NCBI GenBank assembly: GCA_910583745.1
Contig: CAJTZC010000001.1
Location: 34,746-98,745 of the forward strand
Reading direction: 5' to 3'
DNA length: 64,000 nt
Origin: an uncultured Bacilli bacterium
Lineage (GTDB): Bacteria > Bacillota_I > Bacilli_A > RF39 > UBA660
Positions 9,591 to 17,541 of the stretch are shown here, one piece after another. The translations under genes were made by a program, and so were the position numbers. Numbering within the stretch: position 1 is the stretch's first letter; each line of letters opens with the position of its first letter. Below the pieces are notes generated by a model. The model did not search any database. It saw only the letters and a list, made by a program, of their open reading frames with translations, and had not been told where the DNA came from.

Positions 9591-10271
9591 TTATCCACTG
9601 ATTTCGTCGTTTTGAGATACGATGTTCACGTATTCGACATTTTTAAGTTCGTAGATGGTCTCTGTGATGCTCTTTTCTCTGTCGAAGGATTTCGTATAGT
9701 ATTTTTTAGGAAGCTCGTATATCAATTCGAGAGTTTTGTCGGTCGTATTTTTGACGCGAAGGTTGGCTTTTTGTTCGAAATAGTCGAATACGATTCCTTC
9801 TATTTTTCTTTCATTGCTCAAACTCGTCTTGATGACTAAAAGTATTCTGTTGTCGTTTTTAATGCGACCCATGAGTAACATGACTAGGAAAACGATGGCC
9901 GTTCCTATTCCAGCGACGACATAGTCTCCTACTCCACAGCAGATACCTACTATGATGGTCCAAAAGATGTACGCTGTATCTCTGGAATCTTTGATTGCTG
10001 TACGAAAACGGACGATAGACAATGCACCGACCATACCTAGAGACAGTGCAATGTTGTTACCTATTACGGTCATGACCATGGTCGTCAAAATGGTCAACAT
10101 GATGAGGGATACATTGAACTTTTTGCTGTATATTGTACCTTCGTGTGAAAAGTAGTAGGAAAGGAAAATGACCAATCCCAGGACGACTGCGATGATTAAG
10201 TGCATCGCAATCTGTTCAAGTGTCAAGGAACTTGACGAAATTTCTAATAAATCTATTAACTTATCTTTCAT
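9591..10271 (-). CDS. DUF4956-family membrane protein
   Basis: 226 aa, 3-4 TM. Segment LSLGMVGALSIVRFRTAIKDSRD is characteristic of DUF4956. Stop lies 3 nt before the CotH start. Confidence 0.6.
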   Translation of the reverse strand: MKDKLIDLLEISSSSLTLEQIAMHLIIAVVLGLVIFLSYYFSHEGTIYSKKFNVSLIMLTILTTMVMTVIGNNIALSLGMVGALSIVRFRTAIKDSRDTAYIFWTIIVGICCGVGDYVVAGIGTAIVFLVMLLMGRIKNDNRILLVIKTSLSNERKIEGIVFDYFEQKANLRVKNTTDKTLELIYELPKKYYTKSFDREKSITETIYELKNVEYVNIVSQNDEISG

Positions 10272-10293
10272 AATTAAATCTCTTCTTTCTTTT

Positions 10294-10989
10294 TTATAGT
10301 ATTATTTTGTGTGTCACATTTCGCGACATATAATATTTACTTACCGAAGTATTGATACACGAGACGCTTTCGATGAGGTCTTTCACGTAGCTCAGTAAGA
10401 AACCGTTGTATTTGACTTCTAAAACGTAGTTGTTTTTATCCATAATCGGATTCATCTGTAAATTGGGGTCAAAGATGTCCATCGAAGCTTCGGTTGCCAC
10501 GATGTCGTGATCAAAAGTCAATCGGATGCTGTTCTCTTTCACGACGAATGCGTCTCTTCTATATTCGATGATCACTTTCGGTCTATATAGATTCATCGTC
10601 ATGAACAGGTACATTTCCATCGCGAATGGGTCTTCGTAGTTTAGTAAGCATGCGTAATTCCCTTTGGACAACTCGATGGCATCTTCTCTCGATACGAGTA
10701 GGGACCTCTTCAATTGGTAGTCGCCTTCTTTTTGTTTCATCTCTAACATCGCGAAGGAAGCTTCTGGGTCGTATACGCGGAGTCGGACTTTTCGTCTTAT
10801 CTCTACTCCGGCTTCTTTTTCTTGAAAATCTCTATCGTCTAGAGTGTCAAAGTACAGTGAGCGTATGGTGTATCCATTGTCTTTATTGTGGCTGTCACCT
10901 ATAAGAACTTTGCTTATGTGGTTTTTGGCTTTTTTGTATTCCTCTGTATTCAGAAGATATTTGATTTCTCGTCGCCTTACGATATTCAA
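10294..10989 (-). CDS. VTC-domain (polyphosphate polymerase-like, CYTH-like) protein
   Basis: 231 aa. N-terminal REIKYLL, YTIRSLYFDT and charged tunnel residues typical of bacterial VTC-domain proteins. First gene of the operon that continues to 2694. Confidence 0.65.
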   Translation of the reverse strand: MNIVRRREIKYLLNTEEYKKAKNHISKVLIGDSHNKDNGYTIRSLYFDTLDDRDFQEKEAGVEIRRKVRLRVYDPEASFAMLEMKQKEGDYQLKRSLLVSREDAIELSKGNYACLLNYEDPFAMEMYLFMTMNLYRPKVIIEYRRDAFVVKENSIRLTFDHDIVATEASMDIFDPNLQMNPIMDKNNYVLEVKYNGFLLSYVKDLIESVSCINTSVSKYYMSRNVTHKIIL

Positions 10990-11240
10990 AAAATTACACC
11001 TCCCTATACAATCAAGGTTTAAGTATAATTAAAAAGCTCAGATATTTATCGATCCAGAGTCTATTATCCGGATTTTTTTATTGTAAAATAATGCCTGAAC
11101 AACGCGGTTTTTGTCAAGTGTTTCTGGACACTTTGATAAAATTTCCCCTTATTTTTCGCCTTGATTCGTTAAAATCGAGTATATTATAAAACAAATTCTT
11201 TCGATAGTCCACCTTTTTTTGCTTAATTATTTATATCTAA

Positions 11241-11268
11241 AAATCCAAAATAGTTAAATTTTGGATTT
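11241..11268 (-). terminator. Weak AT-rich hairpin 17 nt downstream of the lipoprotein gene stop
   Basis: Perfect 11-bp inverted repeat aaatccaaaat/attttggattt with a 6-nt loop. No clean U-tract, so the assignment is tentative. Confidence 0.25.
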
Positions 11269-11284
11269 AGTAAGTATTTAATCT

Positions 11285-12037
11285 TTATTTAGTTTTTTGA
11301 TTGTCGTCTAAATTTTTAGACGATTGCATTGTCAATTCATCTAATCTCTCTTGCAAAAAGTCTAATTGTGTTTGAGAATATGTTTTATCACTACTCAAAG
11401 AAATATAACTTCCGGTGCTTTCTGGAAATTGATAGTTACAAGCAAAATTATCGTCAAAAAATTCACCGTTTTTTATAACTAAGTTTTCATTTTTATCACA
11501 TATAACTTCACCATCTTTTTGGATTGTTGTATTTTTAGTTTGTGATACATAATCTTCAGAATCTGATTTGCTAGTAACCTCTATTATCTCACTATATCCA
11601 ACATATCCTTCACTATTTAAAGAAACAGTAGTAACACTTGCAGAAGCAGAATTATCAGAAACGTCTTCATAACTTGTAGTTTCAAATGTGCAGTCTGTAT
11701 ACATCGTAGATAAAGTTTCATAAGGAATATCATGACCAAATGACATATCAATTATATCACGAATAGGTTGTTCTTCCTCCTCTTTATCGGACTTTTCTAG
11801 AACATTATAACGGTATGTTTCTAACGTTGGATCAAAAGATGCAAATATTTTTATATCCTCACCATTATAAATTTTATCACCATCAATAGGTTTTACGTCA
11901 TCTAATAGAGCATTGATTGCATCTATACTACTAAGTTCTACCTCTTCACTTGTTTTTCCTTTAAGCGAGCAGCCAGTTAACAAAAATATTGCTGCACCAA
12001 ATAGAGCCGCTGTTCTTCTTTTTAAATCATTTTTCAT
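11285..12037 (-). CDS. Acidic lipoprotein (lipobox LTGC)
   Basis: Real start MKNDLKRRTAALFGAAIFLLTGCSLKG at 12037 with GGAGG RBS (12043-12047 rc). The longer listed ORF 11285-12274 is a read-through into the duplicated tasA-like fragment. Mature protein is D/E/S/T-rich. Confidence 0.55.
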   Translation of the reverse strand: MKNDLKRRTAALFGAAIFLLTGCSLKGKTSEEVELSSIDAINALLDDVKPIDGDKIYNGEDIKIFASFDPTLETYRYNVLEKSDKEEEEQPIRDIIDMSFGHDIPYETLSTMYTDCTFETTSYEDVSDNSASASVTTVSLNSEGYVGYSEIIEVTSKSDSEDYVSQTKNTTIQKDGEVICDKNENLVIKNGEFFDDNFACNYQFPESTGSYISLSSDKTYSQTQLDFLQERLDELTMQSSKNLDDNQKTK

Positions 12038-12104
12038 AAAATTTACCTCCCTTTCGTGGCATATAATATCACTAATTTTGATAAATTGCAACCTTAAGTA
12101 ACAT

Positions 12105-12430
12105 TTATCTGCCAAGTATGTATTTATTGTATTTATCAAGTTGTCCCAACTTATCTTTGCAAAAGCATCTCTCGTACCTGTATTTTCGATGACTAACTCT
12201 TTCTCGATTGTATCTCCAAAGTTCCATGTGCCTTCTGTATTTTCTACCATTTCATCATTATCTCGAAATGTCAAAGCTAAATCGCCACTTTTTATTGTAA
12301 TTTTTTCTTGTTCATTTGTTCCTACTTAGGATATGAAGTAAGCATACGTCAAAGAAGTCGTCAAAGCGACTATTGATACACAGAGGACAATCAACGAAAC
12401 TACGTTTTTCTTATTATCTTTTTTTGTCAT
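12105..12430 (-). pseudogene. Tandem duplicate of the 5' ~320 bp of the tasA-like gene (signal peptide plus first ~100 aa), interrupted by an in-frame TAA
   Basis: 12105-12430 aligns base-for-base (~88%) with 13710-14024. Copy reads MTKKDNKK...SLTYAYFIS*VGTNEQEK... . TAA arises at cctacttagg versus cctacttggg in the intact gene. Copy starts 17 nt after the stop of the intact gene. Confidence 0.6.
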
Positions 12431-12446
12431 GTTCTTTCACATTCCT

Positions 12447-14024
12447 TTAGTTTATTTCCAAATAATATGGATTGTCGATGGTGCCATTTCCTTGGAGTTT
12501 ATCGAGGTATTCAGACTTGAGGTTGATGACTGGAATAAACTCAACGTTACTAATTACTTCTGTTTCTTTCAGGCTTCCTTCATTACTGACACCGAAGACA
12601 TGAGCATAATTAGCCCATATTCTGTATGGAGAAAATGACCCGTACCAACTTTCTTTGTAGAGATAATAATTTTGGTTTTTTGTCCCATACTTCCCACTTC
12701 CGGCTGCAACGATTTCATCTGCTGTGATTAACCCTACTGGATACGTCAAATTCCCGTTTCCTCCGCTTGTTTCTTTTACTGTGAATTTATCATTTTCTTG
12801 TGAACATGTGAATTGTGGTTGCACTTTATCAAAGTTTGCTTTTTCCACTCCACTTCTTGCATAGGCACCATATGCTGTATAGTTATTTCCATATCCTAAT
12901 CCTGTATCATTAATCCATCCTGTTACACTACTTCCTGGTGTGCTCCTGTCGTTACAGAAGATACTGTCTGCTATATAGTTTGCATATCCTGTATTTACTA
13001 TGTTTGTTTTGTACCATTCATCTACTTGTGTCTTTATCAAAGAATCTGTTTCATTTCTTTGGGCTTGTTCTTTACTCGTACTTGCACTTCCGTTTGTTCC
13101 TCCAAACATCCATCCTACATATTTTGTATCGTTGTATGTTCCATTCCACATTTGACTCGTCAGAGCAAAACCTCTCGTGTAGCTGTTCGTTTCGGGTGTA
13201 CCTGCACCATCATATTGTATTCTTACTGTTCCATCACCATTGATTCTGATAATTCTCCACCACATATCTTGTCCACTTGCGTCTCGTCCAAATTTTATAT
13301 AATTATTAGGAGCTGTTCCTCTAAAATAATAGCTTATTCCATAGTCATCTGACATGCTATATAAACCATCACCTGTTTCGTCGGTCATTGCAGGATTTGT
13401 AAAGTTAGGCACTTCTGATTTTGCATTTTTAATCAATTTTATTAGAGGAATATCAGGTTTTCCTTGTTCCAAAGTAAATTTTGTTATAAATTTAGCATTT
13501 AAGTCTGCGGTTTGGTCTATATCTGGTAAATTTTCGAATGTGATTTTTACTCTATAGGTATAGGTATGTCCTGCTGGAACAAGTAAGTGGTCTGCCAAAA
13601 GTTGAGTCAACGCTGTCTCACTTCTCGGTACATTTGCACTCACGGTTTCTACTTGTTTCCATACTGCGTTTGTCTCATCACTTTTCTCTTCCAAAGTATA
13701 GGTTAAAGATTCTGCCAAGTATGTATTTATCAAATTGTCCCAACTTATTTTTGCATAAGCATCTCTTGTCCCTGTATTCTCGATGACTAATTCTTTCTCG
13801 ATTGTGTCTCCGAAGTTCCAAGTGCCTTCTGTATTCTCTACCGTTTCATTATTATCTCTAAACGACAAAGCTAAATCTCCACTTTTAATTGTAATTTTCT
13901 CTTGCTCGTTCGTTCCTACTTGGGATACGAAGTAAGCATACGTCAAAGAAGTCGTCAAAGCGACTATCGATACACATAACACAACCAGTGAGATTATTCT
14001 TTTCTTATTGTCTTTTTCAGTCAT
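12447..14024 (-). CDS. SipW-cognate secreted protein: TasA/camelysin-like N-terminal domain plus ~350-aa Gly/Asn/Tyr/Trp-rich C-terminal extension
   Basis: 525 aa. Signal peptide ending in the SipW-cognate motif (SLTYAYFVSQ, cf. TYAAF(S/N)D of TasA). N-domain parallels TasA (ITIKSGDLALSF, WNFGDTIEKELVIENTG). A SipW-type peptidase is encoded at 26063-27151 on the same strand. Confidence 0.7.
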   Translation of the reverse strand: MTEKDNKKRIISLVVLCVSIVALTTSLTYAYFVSQVGTNEQEKITIKSGDLALSFRDNNETVENTEGTWNFGDTIEKELVIENTGTRDAYAKISWDNLINTYLAESLTYTLEEKSDETNAVWKQVETVSANVPRSETALTQLLADHLLVPAGHTYTYRVKITFENLPDIDQTADLNAKFITKFTLEQGKPDIPLIKLIKNAKSEVPNFTNPAMTDETGDGLYSMSDDYGISYYFRGTAPNNYIKFGRDASGQDMWWRIIRINGDGTVRIQYDGAGTPETNSYTRGFALTSQMWNGTYNDTKYVGWMFGGTNGSASTSKEQAQRNETDSLIKTQVDEWYKTNIVNTGYANYIADSIFCNDRSTPGSSVTGWINDTGLGYGNNYTAYGAYARSGVEKANFDKVQPQFTCSQENDKFTVKETSGGNGNLTYPVGLITADEIVAAGSGKYGTKNQNYYLYKESWYGSFSPYRIWANYAHVFGVSNEGSLKETEVISNVEFIPVINLKSEYLDKLQGNGTIDNPYYLEIN

Positions 14025-14184
14025 TATTTCTACCTTCCTTTTTAAACCCAGTCTACCATAAGTGTTTTGAAAATCGTGTCGATTTTTATTTATGCAATTT
14101 TTTTTGATACTTATTTTGTGAGTATTATCTATGATATAAGTATATAATCAAATGGTTATAAAAGCAACAAAATGAGAAAATAAA

Positions 14185-14212
14185 GCGAAAAAAAGATACT
14201 TTTTACAGTATC
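14185..14212 (-). terminator. Putative intrinsic terminator between the coupling-protein gene and the tasA-like gene
   Basis: Minus-strand hairpin GATACT-gtaaaa-AGTATC followed by UUUUUUU (plus-strand aaaaaaa at 14188-14194), 6 nt after the stop of 14218-16467. Short stem, so modest confidence. Confidence 0.35.
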
Positions 14213-14217
14213 AATAA

Positions 14218-16467
14218 TTATTCATCGTCTCCAAAGAAATCGTCGAAGAATTGGTCGTCTGTGACGAGACCGTTGCTTAAGACGACACTCGAGTTGTCTA
14301 TGTTTGTCTTCGTAGGTGGCTCTGGCTTTACTTCTTCTTTTGGGATAACTTTTGGTGCGATTGGAGTCGCTATTTCTCGGTCTAAATCTTTTAGCATCGC
14401 TTCAATATCGGCGTTTTTCGCTGTTTTCGGCTCTATCGCATTAGTTGGAGGCATAATATTTGAGATGTCCTTCTTCATTGCGGCATTGACTTCTTTTCTC
14501 TTCCTTTCCTCTTCCGCTTGTTCTTTCTCTAATTCTGCAATTTGTTTGTCTATATTTTTTACGAGTTCATCGATGTCGACCGGTTTATCTAAGTTGAATG
14601 GGTCGTTTGAGTTTTTAAACAAATCGTTCGGTGGAGAAGACGGTAGAGATGGGCTATTTAACATATCCATCGAATTTGCCGTAGGGTTAGGTATATTTGG
14701 CAACGGATTTCCTCCTGTCGCTTCTTGGGCCTTGCTTATCGCTTCCATCGTCTTCTTGTGTTTCTCTTCCTTGACGAATTGCTTCATATCGAATGCCTTT
14801 ACTGGATAAATTTCTCTCTCTTGCAAAGTTGCATCGTCGTAAGAATCTCCCCAGTCGATATCATAAGAACCCTTGAGTACCGTTCTGAAAGGTCTCATAC
14901 GCATTCGGATGACGATGATTTCATTTCTCTTCATCTTCTGTAAATCTGTTACCGTTACGAGAGGTGTAGAGACTGTCTTGTCGTCTTTTTTCGATTTCAC
15001 TTCTCCGCATAACTTACTAATTTCTTCGAGCGCGGATAGCTCATTCGTAAGCAGGTAGATGGTATTACCACAGTTACTTCGGATGGTTTCTGCGTTTTTA
15101 TCTCCGTATACTTCATCCAATTGGGCGAAGTTCTGTATGATGAATGTGAAACGTATCTTACGAGAACGAGCAGCCGTGACCATCGAAGTGACGTCTCGAA
15201 GCTGAGGCATGTTCGCGAACTCATCGAGAATGAAGTTCGTTCTATATTTCAGTTCTCCGTTTGGACTCTTGTGTGCGACATCGATGAGGACCTCGTACAA
15301 CTGTTTAATGAAGATGGTCGCGAGAGAATGGTAAGTCGTCTTCTCATCGTGGACGATTAGGAAAACGGCTGTCTTCTCTTTACCGATGTCTTCCATGTTA
15401 AAGTCACTGTAAGAAAGCATTTCGGATAGCTCTTCACGAGTACTGAATGTCCTTATCTTACTTTGGAATACTGATAAGATACTCGATTTTGTATCATTCG
15501 GTGCGGCGATGGTCGCCTTCGCATATCCATACGCCGTAGAAGTTTCACTTTTTAATGTGAAGTAATCCTTGGCAAACGTGTTGAGACCGTTCTTCTCTTC
15601 ACCAACTGTCGCCATGTGACTGATGGAGGTGATGTTTACTTCGTTCTCTTTCGCGTCTTCGAATAGTCCTAAAGCCAAACCAGAGAAGTAGTCTGCGGCA
15701 CTTCTCTCCCAGAATGGGTCGTTCGTGTTTTTAGGGTCGATGAGAATGTTCTGGCTTATGTCCTCGAGCAACTCTTTGGCCTTGTCGGATTTTCCCTGTT
15801 TGTACATTCTATACGGAATGGTAAGGGGGTTCCACGCATTTCCTTCGCGAGGGTCTCGGAAGTTAATGACGACGATTTTGTAACCTTTATCTCTCAATCT
15901 GTTCGCATGGTGTTTGTAAATCTCACCTTTCGGGTCTGTGATGACCATGGATTCGCCGTGTTTGCATAGACTGTATACTTGGGGATCGACAAGAGCCGTA
16001 GTTTTACCTGAACCGGATTGTCCAATGATGAGGGAATGATATTCTCCATCGTCTACCCACATATTTTTACCGTCGTTAATCATGGCAATTCCTCCGGCCT
16101 CTGCGGTCGGGACGTTGACGGGAACCTTCTCGATTTTGAAGGCTGCTTTCATCTCTTTTTCGGTCGTCCAACGGTTGTAACCTTTCTCTTCTTTTTCTCC
16201 AAAGACTAAGCCTATTCCACCTTTTTCAAAGTTGAATATGGTAGAAGATACACTCATAAAGATGACAACTAGGGATGCGATAAATAGGAAAAGTGTGAGG
16301 TAGAATGTCTGCATGCTCCACGCCGAAAAATCGAGCCAAGCTAGACCTTGGTCCGAACTGAACGATAAGAAATTCAACGCTATGACGGCGCATCCAAAGA
16401 ATAGTGCAACACATATAGCTATAAACATGATAAAGTCTTTTTGTTTCACTCTGACTTTCAATTTCAT
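14218..16467 (-). CDS. Type IV coupling protein (VirD4/TraG/TcpA-family ATPase) with long acidic/Pro-rich C-terminal tail
   Basis: 749 aa. Two N-terminal TM helices. Walker A IIGQSGSGKTT. Family signature VITDPKGEIYKHHANRLRDKGYKIVVINFRDP...NPL. C-terminal 200 aa low complexity ending FFDDFFGDDE. Confidence 0.8.
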   Translation of the reverse strand: MKLKVRVKQKDFIMFIAICVALFFGCAVIALNFLSFSSDQGLAWLDFSAWSMQTFYLTLFLFIASLVVIFMSVSSTIFNFEKGGIGLVFGEKEEKGYNRWTTEKEMKAAFKIEKVPVNVPTAEAGGIAMINDGKNMWVDDGEYHSLIIGQSGSGKTTALVDPQVYSLCKHGESMVITDPKGEIYKHHANRLRDKGYKIVVINFRDPREGNAWNPLTIPYRMYKQGKSDKAKELLEDISQNILIDPKNTNDPFWERSAADYFSGLALGLFEDAKENEVNITSISHMATVGEEKNGLNTFAKDYFTLKSETSTAYGYAKATIAAPNDTKSSILSVFQSKIRTFSTREELSEMLSYSDFNMEDIGKEKTAVFLIVHDEKTTYHSLATIFIKQLYEVLIDVAHKSPNGELKYRTNFILDEFANMPQLRDVTSMVTAARSRKIRFTFIIQNFAQLDEVYGDKNAETIRSNCGNTIYLLTNELSALEEISKLCGEVKSKKDDKTVSTPLVTVTDLQKMKRNEIIVIRMRMRPFRTVLKGSYDIDWGDSYDDATLQEREIYPVKAFDMKQFVKEEKHKKTMEAISKAQEATGGNPLPNIPNPTANSMDMLNSPSLPSSPPNDLFKNSNDPFNLDKPVDIDELVKNIDKQIAELEKEQAEEERKRKEVNAAMKKDISNIMPPTNAIEPKTAKNADIEAMLKDLDREIATPIAPKVIPKEEVKPEPPTKTNIDNSSVVLSNGLVTDDQFFDDFFGDDE

Positions 16468-16523
16468 TAAATCACGCCCTTTTTCCTCACATATTATATA
16501 CTATTTTTTTAAAAATTACTACG

Positions 16524-17006
16524 TTATTCGAAATCAACTGTATATTTCATCACAGCTTCCACCGTAAAGACGTAGATATGCCCTTTTGTATCGCTGACTT
16601 TAATCGTCTGAGTCTCAGTATTTTTCTCTTTCGAAATCTCGTATCTGTCGATTTGGGGAAGCTCCGTAAAGTTAGAAGTCAGGTTTGCTGCTAGAACTCT
16701 AAAGGCTACAGAATTGGGATAAAAACCTCTCGACTTTTCGCTTAGATGCGCATAGGCTCTCGGCAAATCTTCGACGAGAAGTAACACGTAGCTATTAAAG
16801 TAAGTTCTTACCATATCTTCTTCAGTTACCGACGCGGGCTTGTACTCATTCACGCCGGTTTTTCGATTGGGTATCGCATAGTAGTCTTCGACGTCGTTGT
16901 TCGGTGCATATTCGACATCGATGCGAGAACTGACGACAAAGTATATTCCTATTGCGGCAAAAATCAGGATAATGACAAAAGTGACGACTCTATTGTTTTT
17001 GTTCAT
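16524..17006 (-). CDS. Membrane-anchored hypothetical protein (T4SS-associated by context)
   Basis: 160 aa with a single N-terminal TM. Overlaps the upstream gene stop (16990-17006). Confidence 0.35.
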   Translation of the reverse strand: MNKNNRVVTFVIILIFAAIGIYFVVSSRIDVEYAPNNDVEDYYAIPNRKTGVNEYKPASVTEEDMVRTYFNSYVLLLVEDLPRAYAHLSEKSRGFYPNSVAFRVLAANLTSNFTELPQIDRYEISKEKNTETQTIKVSDTKGHIYVFTVEAVMKYTVDFE

Positions 17007-17541
17007 CGTACAATCCTCCTATTCCCGGTTTTATCGAATATAACAATTTGTCTTCGTAGAGGACGACTGTCACATCGTAATCTGAATAGGTCGAATCTTC
17101 GTCCATCTGGGATTTCTTTATTCTTCCTTTGACGTAGTACTCGACCACATTTTTGGAAATTCTGTGTTGGTACATCTCCTCGCCCACGTAGTCGTACATG
17201 TAATTATACTCTAATTTTGGAATGTGATTTCTCACTGTCGACGCGGTAATTCTGTTCGCTTCTTTGTATTCTTCGTTTAAAAGTAGAAGCATGTCGTCTG
17301 TGTTGCCTCTTTGCATATAGTTTAGGTAACTCTTGACACAGTTTACTGCCGTGAAGTACCTCCCGGCATCTGTCACTAAGACTGTCTTTTGGCTCTCTTC
17401 TTGCTCTTTTTTGGCGTCGATTAACTTTGATACGCCGAGATAGATGAGGAAAGAGATGAAAATTAAGACAAAAACTATCGATGTCAAAACGTTCTTTTCA
17501 TTTTCATTTAAGTCTTTTAATTTCTTGGTATTTTTGTTCAT
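16990..17541 (-). CDS. Membrane-anchored hypothetical protein (T4SS-associated by context)
   Basis: 183 aa with N-terminal TM. Start overlaps the stop of the hydrolase gene (17538-17541). Confidence 0.35.
   Translation of the reverse strand: MNKNTKKLKDLNENEKNVLTSIVFVLIFISFLIYLGVSKLIDAKKEQEESQKTVLVTDAGRYFTAVNCVKSYLNYMQRGNTDDMLLLLNEEYKEANRITASTVRNHIPKLEYNYMYDYVGEEMYQHRISKNVVEYYVKGRIKKSQMDEDSTYSDYDVTVVLYEDKLLYSIKPGIGGLYDEQKQ

Noticed and set aside
11285-12274. Full 329-aa ORF as listed in the ORF track (MTFRDNDEMV... fused to a lipoprotein)
   Set aside because: The N-terminal 79 residues belong to the duplicated tasA-like fragment, which has its own upstream TAA. A lipoprotein signal peptide with lipobox and a GGAGG RBS begins at 12037, so the lipoprotein was called from there.
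14261-14809. Plus-strand ORF of 182 aa inside the coupling-protein gene, and similar plus-strand ORFs: 20511-21143, 26124-26786, 32458-33186, 39156-39668, 49545-50054, 50493-51086
   Set aside because: All lie entirely within strong minus-strand genes with clear catalytic motifs. Their translations are low-complexity Ser/Phe/Leu-rich without motifs or RBS. They are shadow ORFs typical of AT-rich DNA.
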